This document shows positions 1-10,248 of a stretch of DNA of 64,000 nucleotides, piece by piece. Each line of letters begins with the position of its first letter. Within the stretch, counting starts at the first letter, position 1. The stretch comes from Escherichia phage ES12: sequence record MN508614.1; one strand, given 5' to 3'. The notes beneath the pieces are model-generated. The model did not search any database, was not told where the DNA came from, and saw only the letters and a list, made by a program, of their open reading frames with translations. Position numbers and translations under genes: made by a program.

Positions 1-1011
1 CTTTTTATAAATTACCTTAGCTTCATCTAGGTTATTTACTACCTGGTTTTCAATTAAAATTACTTTATCATATCCCGATGTCATTTGTTCTAGTTTAGAA
101 AAACGTACATCATATTTTAAACGAAACGCTGGAAGACCGTATATTTCTACCAACGGGACATAATCCCAGACCTGAAACTTCATACATTGAGCTTCTTTTT
201 CAGAAATGGTTCCTTTTAAGGATTTATTGGCGATTCCATTAGAAGTAGTACGAGATTCCGCTACTTCGGCGAATTCTTTGGCTTTACTAATTTCAGGATA
301 AGCATCAAAAAGAAAATCTAGGCCTTCTGGTTCCTTTTTAACTTGCTCATGGTATACCAATTCGCCATCAATTAACACACCTTCTGGATGAATCTGGCGG
401 GCTTCAGCAGTCATTTTGATTAACTCTTCCTTAAGAAGATCTAATCCTAGATATTCATTACCAGCTCGTGATAAAAGACGAACATCATCTAATTCATCGC
501 CTCGGACTTCAGCAAAACACCGAGCTCCATCTGCTTTTAACTGCGCAAAGGCTGGAAACTTGATATTCTTATTAATGCCTTTTTCATCATAAGAACTTGC
601 AAGCATTTGAGGTTGTTCAGGAATTAAACCTGGCCAAACTTTATTTGCAATAGATACTGAAGCACCGCATTCAAGGTCTCGCATCATAACTCGACGCAAA
701 ACTTCAACATCATCCTTTTTACCATCAGTGATATATCCAGTTAATTCCTCAATTGCAGCATTTCCAGTCAATTTCCGAGTAGCTAACGTGAATTCAATGA
801 AGTCAAGCATATCGGTAATAGTCAGCATTCCAAAACTCTGGGTAGCAATACCCGGTTTAGGCCATTTCTTGATATAATACTGTAACCCACGAGAATAAGT
901 CAGACGATATACTCGTTTAAGCAATTCATTATCTTTATTCTTTTCAAGAATTGCTTGCTTCTGCTTAGTTGAACCAATAGATGCTATTTCGTTCAGAATT
1001 TTAAGAATCAT
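1..1011 (-). CDS. 30: ATP-dependent DNA ligase, N-terminal ~337 codons; 3' end lies beyond window start
   Basis: Minus-strand translation from ATG at 1011 reads MILKILNEIASIGSTKQKQAILEKNKDNELLKRVYRL..., recognised as the T4 DNA ligase N-terminus; absent from ORF track because no in-window stop. Confidence 0.9.
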   Translation of the reverse strand, partial: MILKILNEIASIGSTKQKQAILEKNKDNELLKRVYRLTYSRGLQYYIKKWPKPGIATQSFGMLTITDMLDFIEFTLATRKLTGNAAIEELTGYITDGKKDDVEVLRRVMMRDLECGASVSIANKVWPGLIPEQPQMLASSYDEKGINKNIKFPAFAQLKADGARCFAEVRGDELDDVRLLSRAGNEYLGLDLLKEELIKMTAEARQIHPEGVLIDGELVYHEQVKKEPEGLDFLFDAYPEISKAKEFAEVAESRTTSNGIANKSLKGTISEKEAQCMKFQVWDYVPLVEIYGLPAFRLKYDVRFSKLEQMTSGYDKVILIENQVVNNLDEAKVIYKK

Positions 1012-1277
1012 TGTTCATCCTTTAGAGTTTGGTTTACAGCTCTATTATAAATCAATTCATCATTAAGCTCAGTCAAAGACCTGTGGTACGTGGTTCTAAC
1101 TTTATTTCCTTGCATCCAGTGCTTGACGTAAATGAAACCTTGCTCTACACATTTTTTAAAAATTCGTTCGTCTTTTTGAGCTCGGAATTCTGGATTGCAT
1201 CTAAAAAATTGATTTACGTGACCGTAATCACGTGTAGTATTACCTTCATTTTCATAAATAGTGTGAACAACAAACAT
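1008..1277 (-). CDS. hypothetical protein, 89 aa
   Basis: ORF track; ATG start; its stop overlaps ligase start (ATGA). Confidence 0.55.
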   Translation of the reverse strand: MFVVHTIYENEGNTTRDYGHVNQFFRCNPEFRAQKDERIFKKCVEQGFIYVKHWMQGNKVRTTYHRSLTELNDELIYNRAVNQTLKDEQ

Positions 1278-2140
1278 TAGAATGCTCCTTGGAAAATATT
1301 ATCACCACTAGTAAATCTATTAAAATATCCTGCATCACCAGGCTTAGTATAACTCCACGTATGGAATGGATTCATATGATACGGGTGTGTATAATATGGA
1401 TTATATGGATGTGTATAATATGGATTATACGGATTAAATCCAGGAGTTCTCCAGGTAGTGTTCCAACGAAAAGAATCGTTTTTAACCATCTTCTCAATTA
1501 CATCTTTTATAGCTTTTTCACTATCAAAACTTTCTTTATTTTCCTTCGGTGAAAAAAGCTTATTTTCTACATCATTCCATGTATAAACTCGCTGCGCAGT
1601 TTTTGGAATATTGTCACGCTCTCCTCGAGCCATCCAATAAACAGGAACATTTAATATTTCACTCGCATGATCGCAGTGGTGGGCGAGATCGTCAATATAA
1701 CAAATTACATTATATTTCTCTTTTGCCTTTTTGAATAACTCTTCTTTTGAAGAATCATGACCACACATCATTACTTCTGAGAAGGCACCAGGAAAAAGAG
1801 CATTCAAATTAAATTGACGATTCAGCAGAGCGTCAATAGAATCACCCAATGCTGTAACAGCTACAAAATTATAATCTTCTTTTAGTTTGTTAATTACGCA
1901 CAGGGCATCTTTATATGGAGACAGGTAACGAATAAAATCTGATCGATTGTATTTTTCAATTAGCTTGACACCAAGTTCTTCATCACAATTAAAGAGTTTA
2001 CCCGGAGAAATAAATTTCTCATCTTGGATCATTTTTAAAATATGTTCTAACGGAAGATTATATTTCTGAGCAAAATAAGGAAGACCTGATTGCCAGCTTA
2101 AACATACTCCATCAATATCAGTTAAAATAGTAGGCTTCAT
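1277..2140 (-). CDS. HAD-superfamily hydrolase-like protein, 287 aa, with C-terminal NPYYTHPY repeats
   Basis: N-terminal TDIDGV resembles HAD motif I (DxDxT/V); ATG start; TAATG overlap with downstream ORF. Confidence 0.6.
   Translation of the reverse strand: MKPTILTDIDGVCLSWQSGLPYFAQKYNLPLEHILKMIQDEKFISPGKLFNCDEELGVKLIEKYNRSDFIRYLSPYKDALCVINKLKEDYNFVAVTALGDSIDALLNRQFNLNALFPGAFSEVMMCGHDSSKEELFKKAKEKYNVICYIDDLAHHCDHASEILNVPVYWMARGERDNIPKTAQRVYTWNDVENKLFSPKENKESFDSEKAIKDVIEKMVKNDSFRWNTTWRTPGFNPYNPYYTHPYNPYYTHPYHMNPFHTWSYTKPGDAGYFNRFTSGDNIFQGAF
1387..1434. repeat. 2 x 24-bp direct tandem repeat inside the HAD-like CDS
   Basis: gtgtataatatggattatatggat / gtgtataatatggattatacggat read directly; encodes the duplicated PYNPYYTH peptide. 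Confidence 0.8.
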
Positions 2141-2595
2141 AGAGAGTCTCTTAATAGGTTTAACACATCAATAAATTCAGCTTCGGTTAGTATTGTATCA
2201 TCTTTTGTTAGACCACTAGCCATGCTGTGCTTCAAAACTTTTCCTTTCGAGGCTTGTAATGCATCGCGAAAGCCCCTGTTTTGGAACGCTGCTTCAAAAT
2301 ATGCATTTGTGTATAATTCTTTCCACGCTGGAGAGTATCTTGAAAACGGAACTCCAAGCCAGAAGAGGGTCCCACGGTCCTGAGCTCTAGCATAAGACCT
2401 TCCAGCTTGTTGGGCGGCAAGCCCGGATAACCCAAATATACGACGTTGCTGTTCAATATTTTTCACCTTACACCCTTGGAGGAATCCTTCGAGACCTCCA
2501 AATTGGATACCATCCATAACAAAAGGCCATTGGGCGAAATTACTTAATGCGCATGATGGCCATCTAAAATTGCTTCTAATCTCTAACTCAGACAT
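2137..2595 (-). CDS. NADAR/YbiA-like domain protein, 152 aa
   Basis: SNFAQWPF...DG..F...EGFLQGCK resembles the NADAR (DUF1768) signature; ORF track start is TTG, trimmed to ATG at 2595. Confidence 0.55.
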   Translation of the reverse strand: MSELEIRSNFRWPSCALSNFAQWPFVMDGIQFGGLEGFLQGCKVKNIEQQRRIFGLSGLAAQQAGRSYARAQDRGTLFWLGVPFSRYSPAWKELYTNAYFEAAFQNRGFRDALQASKGKVLKHSMASGLTKDDTILTEAEFIDVLNLLRDSL

Positions 2596-2794
2596 TTTCA
2601 ATACTTATAATTTCAACATCAGCCCAATGACCATAGCAAGGAAGACGAAATTCAACTGGCCAGTTAGGGTCCTTTTCTAATATAATAGACTTAACTTGTG
2701 GTTCTTCGTGTTCATCAGTATATGGATTTTTATCTGTTACTTTATATGTGACCTTAATGTACTGAATTCCAAAAATCTTATTAATTATATTCAT
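2588..2794 (-). CDS. hypothetical protein, 68 aa
   Basis: ORF track; ATG start; overlaps neighbours in typical T-even fashion. Confidence 0.5.
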   Translation of the reverse strand: MNIINKIFGIQYIKVTYKVTDKNPYTDEHEEPQVKSIILEKDPNWPVEFRLPCYGHWADVEIISIENV

Positions 2795-2988
2795 ACTAAT
2801 TCCTTTAATCCGTAGATAGGAGATAATTCATCACCCATACGAAGGTCTTCATTTCCATCTACCCAGGAAACAATATAAGCCTCTTTTATTTGAATACCAC
2901 TCCATTTAAATGGAGGTAGAACCTTAGAAATTAATCCAGGTATACCAACTCCCTTTAATTCAACAGTTTGACCTAAAAAGAATTTCAT
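2791..2988 (-). CDS. hypothetical protein, 65 aa
   Basis: ORF track; ATG start. Confidence 0.5.
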   Translation of the reverse strand: MKFFLGQTVELKGVGIPGLISKVLPPFKWSGIQIKEAYIVSWVDGNEDLRMGDELSPIYGLKELV

Positions 2989-3275
2989 TAAAACCTCATC
3001 TGAAAACCGTGCGATTTAACATTACCGCCATTAATATCAGAACTATTAATTTCACGTGCAATTGAGGGATCAATGTCAATTTCGCGATTGAGTTTAGTGA
3101 TAGCTAAAGTATCGCGCCCATTTACAGTACGGAACTCTAAAGGGCAGACTACATTAACGTAGTTTTTAATCGATTCACTGGTAGGTTGCAAATGTGCAGG
3201 AAGGTCTTTAGGCGCCTTTGAGAAAACTACTTCGCAGAAGTTTTTACGGGTATCAAAATAAGTAGTCATAAACAT
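2988..3275 (-). CDS. hypothetical protein, ~95 aa
   Basis: ORF track ORF starts at TTG; trimmed to in-frame ATG at 3275 preceded by GAGGAAAA. Confidence 0.45.
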   Translation of the reverse strand: MFMTTYFDTRKNFCEVVFSKAPKDLPAHLQPTSESIKNYVNVVCPLEFRTVNGRDTLAITKLNREIDIDPSIAREINSSDINGGNVKSHGFQMRF

Positions 3276-3315
3276 AACATTTTCCTCAGTAAGGGGCCAA
3301 AGCCCCTCATTTATT

Positions 3316-3681
3316 TTAAATATCAAATTCGTTAAGAACTACATCAAAGATTGCTTCAAGATGCTCAGGTTTAGCTCTGTTACTCAGAATATGACGAATC
3401 CAAGTTTTAACCAAAAGCTTGCGATTAACGCCATTCCAGCAAGGATGAGTCCCTAAATCGCGTTCACGGAAATCATCATCCAGAGCGATTTTAAAGTTGG
3501 AACCTTCCATCGTGATTGAAACCGTGATACCGTTTTCAAATCGCATATAAACGTAATTAGGAGTCATATACTGCTCAATTTCGCATACTGATCCATTTTG
3601 ATGTTTCCAAAGGCAAATAGTATCAATAGAACCTGCAATACCATTAGAAACATATTTACGTTCAAAGTTGATGTAGTTCAT
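3316..3681 (-). CDS. hypothetical protein, 121 aa
   Basis: ORF track; ATG start. Confidence 0.55.
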   Translation of the reverse strand: MNYINFERKYVSNGIAGSIDTICLWKHQNGSVCEIEQYMTPNYVYMRFENGITVSITMEGSNFKIALDDDFRERDLGTHPCWNGVNRKLLVKTWIRHILSNRAKPEHLEAIFDVVLNEFDI

Positions 3682-3718
3682 TTTTATTCTCCAAGATGTT
3701 TAATTGCGGTACAGGTAT

Positions 3719-3747
3719 ATAATATCATATCCTGTACCAAAGTAAAC
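3719..3747 (-). promoter_or_regulatory. early sigma70-type promoter (GTTTAC -35, TATTAT -10)
   Basis: Reverse complement reads GTTTAC-N17-TATTAT just upstream of ORF 3316..3681. Confidence 0.5.
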
Positions 3748-3749
3748 AA

Positions 3750-4082
3750 TTATTTTACTACTTTCCAATGCTGCATGTCAAGTTTACCAACTTTTTTCAT
3801 CTTCTCAATTAAGCGTTCGGCACGTTGGCGAGCTGTAACATAATACCATTCACCTAATTCATTTTGTTCAATTTTTCCAACGATTACTGTATTCAATTCA
3901 TAAATCCAACCAGTAAAGAAATTATGAACTTGAATTGTAAAGGTGAAATCTGTTCCCATACCTTCTGTTGTTTCTACTTCAATAATATCACCTTCAACTG
4001 CCATTAAGAACCACATAGTTTCATCATATTTACCATTGAAGCATTTAGTTTTAACTGCAGCGTTCAGATTAATCGTTTTCAT
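3750..4082 (-). CDS. hypothetical protein, 110 aa
   Basis: ORF track; ATG start. Confidence 0.55.
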   Translation of the reverse strand: MKTINLNAAVKTKCFNGKYDETMWFLMAVEGDIIEVETTEGMGTDFTFTIQVHNFFTGWIYELNTVIVGKIEQNELGEWYYVTARQRAERLIEKMKKVGKLDMQHWKVVK

Positions 4083-4109
4083 TTTATTCTCCTTTGTTTG
4101 TGTAAGATA

Positions 4110-4139
4110 ATACTATCACAAAGGAACCATACTGTAAAC
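4110..4139 (-). promoter_or_regulatory. early promoter (GTTTAC -35, TAGTAT -10)
   Basis: Reverse complement GTTTAC-N18-TAGTAT upstream of ORF 3750..4082. Confidence 0.45.
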
Positions 4140-4160
4140 AACTTTATGCAATCTTTGGAA

Positions 4161-4189
4161 AATGAAAAAAGGACTCCCGAAGGAGTCCT
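4161..4189 (-). terminator. rho-independent terminator hairpin
   Basis: aggactcc-cgaa-ggagtcct stem-loop followed on minus strand by a U-run, immediately downstream of ORF 4194..4370. Confidence 0.6.
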
Positions 4190-4193
4190 CAAC

Positions 4194-4370
4194 TTATGCT
4201 TTCTGCTTACCAAAACGAGAAGCATCATCTCGAAGAACCGCACGTGCTCGGCGCATGATCTTCTCAACAGTTTGATTGATACGAGAGTTCGACCCACGCT
4301 TGTAGCCAGCGCGTTTAGAATCACCAACTTTCTTTTCAACTGCTTTCTTTGCTTTAGCTTGTTTTGCCAT
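4194..4370 (-). CDS. small highly basic protein, ~58 aa
   Basis: ORF track 4194..4412 trimmed to ATG at 4370 (MAKQAKAKKAVEKK...); Lys/Arg-rich. Confidence 0.45.
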   Translation of the reverse strand: MAKQAKAKKAVEKKVGDSKRAGYKRGSNSRINQTVEKIMRRARAVLRDDASRFGKQKA

Positions 4371-4768
4371 TATAAATTCTCTTTTAAATGAAAATGCAGG
4401 ACTTATTGGCATTGCCTGCGCAAGCCCTCAAGGGGAACATAAGTTTTTTGATATTTAACGACCAGGATAACCATAAACCCGTCATCATACCTTATAGCTC
4501 TTATCTGTTGCACACCGTTAGCTTAAAGGTTCCGGGTTCGATTTCTCGAGGATAAGATATATACTGATGGATATATAGGCCTTGAGGCGTACTCCCGATT
4601 GGCCATCACCTCGGGGTAGCATGCACTTGCCGCTATAAGAATAACATTCAAGAGGTACACCGTAAAACTGCCGGGGTCTTAAAACTATAATGATTCGCAA
4701 ATCATTAATCAGACAGTTCGACGGCTCCTCGTTTTAACTTCACACTAAGGCAGTGACTCTCCAATAAA

Positions 4769-5017
4769 TTACTTCAGTGTTACCACAAAGTGACGAACTG
4801 CTTTTCGTGCAGCAGAAGCCAGAGGCTTAGCATATTTAAGTTCATCTTTTTCCTGAAGCTCAGCAGCTAATGCAGTTTGAGCAGGATTCAGATGTTTGAA
4901 ATAACGCAGGATTTCAAGAGCTTCGGCTTCAACATCAATAGATGCGCCATAGTTTTCGTGACCATTATTCCATGCGTTTCGTTGCAGTTCAAGAGCGTGT
5001 TGTAATTGTTTAATCAT
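4769..5017 (-). CDS. rIII: rIII lysis-inhibition accessory protein, 82 aa
   Basis: 82-aa ORF immediately downstream of gene 31 as in T4; length and position match. Confidence 0.8.
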   Translation of the reverse strand: MIKQLQHALELQRNAWNNGHENYGASIDVEAEALEILRYFKHLNPAQTALAAELQEKDELKYAKPLASAARKAVRHFVVTLK

Positions 5018-5154
5018 TTAAAAATTCTCGTTAGAGATTAAAACTCGGTAGTCACGTTCTTCTGAATTTCATCTTCTTTCGACAGATCTCTCAGTTGTAG
5101 ACTACCACATAGAATTGTTCGGTTAACTTATTATTCCGACACCCAATTCATATT

Positions 5155-5162
5155 ATTATTTA
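5155..5162 (-). promoter_or_regulatory. late promoter core TATAAATA
   Basis: Plus strand tatttata = minus-strand TATAAATA between gene 31 stop and rIII. Confidence 0.5.
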
Positions 5163-5164
5163 TA

Positions 5165-5500
5165 TCACTTATAAAGACACGGAATAGCTTTATAGTGACA
5201 GGTAACGAATTTTTGTTTAATTTCTTTTGGCTGCTTAAGACCCAGAGCTACAAAAGGGTGTGGAACGTTTCGAATTTGACCAACTGGAAGAGAAGTCAAA
5301 TCACCAACTTCGCAGAAACCTTCAGGAACATCAGGACCGACAGAGTGAACTACACACAGTTCAGGAACTTCACCTTGAACACGTTTACCGATAATAAGTC
5401 CTGATTCTGTAACTTCTTCATCACCGGCTTGTGCGGGTTCAGAAACTAAAATAACATATTCACCGACAGCACGAATTGGTAGCTGTTGTACTTCAGACAT
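5165..5500 (-). CDS. 31: gp31 co-chaperonin (GroES analogue), 111 aa
   Basis: Translation [40 protein letters not shown]... matches T4 gp31 as recalled. Confidence 0.95.
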
Positions 5501-5556
5501 CGTTTTTCCTTTTTGTTAACAGATGAATTAATAATAACAAATAATTCTTAAAGCAT

Positions 5557-5865
5557 TTATTTACCAATAAATTGGAGCAAATGCTCAACTTTCATACCAT
5601 TAACGGAAATCAATTTGTCAATAGAAAAACCTCGCCATGCACCAAGTTCAACATCAAATACTGGAATCATATCAGTAGATTCTTTCCGAGTAGATTCAGT
5701 CAATTTACCAGTTTGCATGGTTGGCATAAAGTCAGCATCGCGAGTACCTTTCATAACACGAATAGTACCATCAGACTTTTCAAAAACTACGTTTGAAACA
5801 CCCATGGACAATTTAGTTTTCAAAATTTCACGAATTGCTACTTTTTGTTCAGTCGTCAGTTTCAT
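5557..5865 (-). CDS. hypothetical protein, 102 aa
   Basis: ORF track; position equivalent to T4 31.1. Confidence 0.55.
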   Translation of the reverse strand: MKLTTEQKVAIREILKTKLSMGVSNVVFEKSDGTIRVMKGTRDADFMPTMQTGKLTESTRKESTDMIPVFDVELGAWRGFSIDKLISVNGMKVEHLLQFIGK

Positions 5866-6102
5866 TTATTTACCTATTACAGTTTTAATATGAGTTGTTC
5901 CACGTTCTTTAAGAGTGGAAAGTAATTTTTGGCATTTTTCTAAATCAGATTTCCAACTATGTGGTCTATCAATACAAACCCAGTTTGACTTATAATACTG
6001 CTTCCATTTAGAGAAAAAATACTTCTTATACTCTACAGCAAATGAAATGTTCTCGTTGGAATAAGAACTAATTGCTGTGAGCTGTACCAAACGAAATTTC
6101 AT
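5866..6102 (-). CDS. hypothetical protein, 78 aa
   Basis: ORF track; ATG start; TAATG overlap with cd. Confidence 0.5.
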   Translation of the reverse strand: MKFRLVQLTAISSYSNENISFAVEYKKYFFSKWKQYYKSNWVCIDRPHSWKSDLEKCQKLLSTLKERGTTHIKTVIGK

Positions 6103-6683
6103 TATTCACCACAGAATTCGTTGATATTTTCCCAGTTTAACTTATTTAAGTTTTTCTTAGGAACATTAAACACTTCAATACCTGCATTTCGCAGAATATC
6201 ATCCCAACCAGGTTTATTTTTATCGTATGTTTCACAATAAACCAGCTTTTTAATTCCAGATTGAGCTATTGCTTTTGCACAATCTGGGCAAGGAGAAAGT
6301 GTTACATACATAGTAGCACCTTCAATTGAAGAACCGTTTCGTGCAGCAAACAAAATCGCATTTAGTTCAGCATGAATTTCATTTTTAGACGACCATTCAG
6401 AGTGCGCGCTACGATGTTCTTTCGCCAATACAAAACGATCAGTTGAACCAAACGATACACATTCAGGCTTATGACCTTGAATGATAGTATGTTTAGGCTT
6501 ATTCAGCAACCAACCTTGCTCAGCAGCATAATCACAGCAGTTCACACCACCTGCAGGTGAACCATTATATCCAGTAGAAATAATACGTCCATTCTTTTCA
6601 ATTACTGCTCCTACTTTCCAGGAGCAACATTTTGATTCTTGTGATACTAAATATGCAATTTGAAGCACTGTACTCGCTTTCAT
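6102..6683 (-). CDS. cd: dCMP deaminase, 193 aa
   Basis: Translation MKASTVLQIAYLVSQESKCCSWKVGAVIEKNGRIISTGYNGSPAGG... with zinc-binding HAE/PCxxC deaminase motifs; T4 cd length. Confidence 0.95.
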   Translation of the reverse strand: MKASTVLQIAYLVSQESKCCSWKVGAVIEKNGRIISTGYNGSPAGGVNCCDYAAEQGWLLNKPKHTIIQGHKPECVSFGSTDRFVLAKEHRSAHSEWSSKNEIHAELNAILFAARNGSSIEGATMYVTLSPCPDCAKAIAQSGIKKLVYCETYDKNKPGWDDILRNAGIEVFNVPKKNLNKLNWENINEFCGE

Positions 6684-7018
6684 TTCATAATCACCAGATA
6701 AGCAGATTTAGCAGTTTCAACACGATAAATTTCGTGACGAAGTTTAGTTATACTTTTAATAACAGAACTAATTATATTCTGCCCATCTTTAAAGCGGTTT
6801 TTCTTATCAATAAAAATTGCGCCAACCATCTTTTTGTGAAGCTCAACTGGATACTTCGTCACAATAATAGCATCATACACAGAAGGATGAATACTATTCA
6901 CTAGAGTGTCATTCATTAAAGTTATTCTAATGAACTGTGCTGTTTCAGAGTCAAGCGCTCTATGATCGCCAGTATCATTTTCAAGACAATTATCAATTAT
7001 ATCAGTTAAATTCATCAT
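6680..7018 (-). CDS. hypothetical protein, 112 aa
   Basis: ORF track; ATG start. Confidence 0.5.
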   Translation of the reverse strand: MMNLTDIIDNCLENDTGDHRALDSETAQFIRITLMNDTLVNSIHPSVYDAIIVTKYPVELHKKMVGAIFIDKKNRFKDGQNIISSVIKSITKLRHEIYRVETAKSAYLVIMK

Positions 7019-7251
7019 AGTACGCCATACACCCTTTGTGCTTCAACTAATCCATCAAAATCCAGTTTAAGATGCGATATTTGATCGCCATCACCTGGAT
7101 TCACAATTACTAATACTGAACGAGGAGTTTCGGTAATAACACGAACCGACGTTTCAGGAAATCGTTCAGAAACCTTATTTACCAATTCTTGAGCAAATAG
7201 TTTAACTTTTTCTTGGAATTCTTTAACAGTAATTGGTTTTTCGCTTAGCAT
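7015..7251 (-). CDS. hypothetical protein, 78 aa
   Basis: ORF track; ATG start. Confidence 0.5.
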   Translation of the reverse strand: MLSEKPITVKEFQEKVKLFAQELVNKVSERFPETSVRVITETPRSVLVIVNPGDGDQISHLKLDFDGLVEAQRVYGVL

Positions 7252-7772
7252 GTTGATCCTAGCTCCTTACTTTCAACATTTTTAACTAATTTGACAGAAA
7301 CTAATTCAGCATCTTGGGTAATCATTACCGGACCTTCTTCATGCTCTTCAAGATATTCTAGAGCTTTCTTTTTAGCTTCTTCCTTCGTATCAGTTTGAGC
7401 ATAGATATAGAACATACAACCAGTAATACCTACTACTTTCCACTTAATTTCTTTATCAGTTTTAATTTCAAATTTACTTACAGAATCATCTTTTTGAACT
7501 TCTTCGAAAAAAGAATATTCTAACATATAAGCAATTGAAAATAACGGGCTAACTTTATAGGATTCACCCATTACATCAACAGCTTTATACCAACAATCAT
7601 CAATTTCACGTTTAATGCTAATAACATTTTTCGCAGGATCTATTTTTACTTTAAATGAATTTTCCCCAATAAACTGGGCAATTCGTTTATTAGCCCCGCA
7701 AGTTTCATTAAAAATATCTTTATATCCAGCTTTAAAGCGATAAACCTTATCTTCTTCAAACCATTCGCTCAT
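7245..7772 (-). CDS. hypothetical protein, 175 aa
   Basis: ORF track; ATG start. Confidence 0.55.
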   Translation of the reverse strand: MSEWFEEDKVYRFKAGYKDIFNETCGANKRIAQFIGENSFKVKIDPAKNVISIKREIDDCWYKAVDVMGESYKVSPLFSIAYMLEYSFFEEVQKDDSVSKFEIKTDKEIKWKVVGITGCMFYIYAQTDTKEEAKKKALEYLEEHEEGPVMITQDAELVSVKLVKNVESKELGSTC

Positions 7773-7802
7773 TTCAATTTCCTCATTTGTTTTGGTAGAG
7801 CT

Positions 7803-7832
7803 ATAATATCACAACTCTACCGTAAAGTAAAC
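7803..7832 (-). promoter_or_regulatory. early promoter (GTTTAC -35, TATTAT -10)
   Basis: Reverse complement GTTTAC-N18-TATTAT upstream of ORF 7245..7772. Confidence 0.5.
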
Positions 7833-7834
7833 TA

Positions 7835-8110
7835 TTAAATTGCTTTGAATTCTGATGTCTGTGATTCAAAACGAATGTCGCCTTTGATAACTAGCTCAGC
7901 ATCAAGACCAAATACAACAATGATATGCGCGGAACCTGGATACAACGTAATGGCAATAGAATCCACCTGGTCTGGAAGCAAAGCGTTCAATACATGAGTC
8001 ACTTGAGCGTGGATTCGAAGTTCAGCTGCATTATCAAGCTTTTCAAACATGTTATTAGCGATAATTTGGCTAAACACTACTTCTACGATTTTAGAGTAAG
8101 TCGGAAACAT
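7835..8110 (-). CDS. hypothetical protein, ~91 aa
   Basis: ORF track ORF starts at TTG; trimmed to ATG at 8110 preceded by GAGGT. Confidence 0.45.
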   Translation of the reverse strand: MFPTYSKIVEVVFSQIIANNMFEKLDNAAELRIHAQVTHVLNALLPDQVDSIAITLYPGSAHIIVVFGLDAELVIKGDIRFESQTSEFKAI

Positions 8111-8112
8111 AT

Positions 8113-8305
8113 TTACCTCACATAATTTTCTTCGAGCCAATCAATAACATCCAAAGCGTTATCAAAAGTTGCGCCATCTACTTTGTCTTCTGTTTCATAA
8201 TCAAGAACATCTAGGCCTACTCTTCCGTCAACAATAGGCCATAGACAAAATAGATATTTCTTTTCTTTTTCAATTTTATCACAAAGACGATAAATCTTTT
8301 CTAGG

Positions 8306-8313
<8 letters not shown>
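8113..8313 (-). CDS. hypothetical protein, 66 aa
   Basis: ORF track; ATG start. Confidence 0.5.
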
Positions 8314-9721
<1,408 letters not shown>

Positions 9722-9725
<4 letters not shown>

Positions 9726-9952
9726 TTATTTTTCTCAACTAATGATTGAATATAATCATGCAGGTCTTTAGATGCTTTACCCCACTTATTTTGATATTCA
9801 TTTTTGAGATTAGCACGGGATTGAGCTAATAAAACATCATTAGTTGGAGGTAAAGATTCTAACCGCTGAATCTGGCGTCCATAAATCATTGCAGCCATCT
9901 CGGATTCATAAATCAATCCTTTGAGATGTTCAAATTGATGCCATGAAATCAT
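9722..9952 (-). CDS. hypothetical protein, 76 aa
   Basis: ORF track; ATG start. Confidence 0.5.
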
Positions 9953-10248
9953 TTACATTTATCCTCTTTTAACTCTTGACGATAATAACATATCATAGTT
10001 TTTTGGTCATGTACATATCGTTTTACATCATTAAGCCAAATACGAAATTCCTGGGAATCTTCAAATGGCATACCGACCCAAGCTTTACCATCAATAACTT
10101 TAACTTGCCAAGATAGTTTAGCTTCATCATATGACTTTATCTGTACAGGCCAATTAGGATGAACTGTTTCTTTCTTTACTTCTAGAGGCTTTGTCGAACA
10201 ACCAGCTAGAAGACCGATAGATAATATTACTGCTGATAGTCTAATCAT
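9949..10248 (-). CDS. predicted lipoprotein, 99 aa
   Basis: N-terminal signal peptide with lipobox LLAGC (MIRLSAVILSIGLLAGCS). Confidence 0.55.
   Translation of the reverse strand: MIRLSAVILSIGLLAGCSTKPLEVKKETVHPNWPVQIKSYDEAKLSWQVKVIDGKAWVGMPFEDSQEFRIWLNDVKRYVHDQKTMICYYRQELKEDKCK

Noticed and set aside
4500-4560. tRNA-like ggttcgatt motif
   Set aside because: A T-loop-like heptamer is present but no flanking T-stem, acceptor stem or anticodon arm can be drawn on either strand
4518-4700. 60-aa minus-strand ORF in the GC-rich intergenic segment
   Set aside because: No RBS, low-complexity product; the segment is more plausibly non-coding (see finding)
5040-5100. Long-range inverted repeat (cggtagtc ... 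gactacc) between rIII and gene 31
   Set aside because: Stem is only 7-8 bp with a ~45-nt loop; could be chance in this intergenic leader
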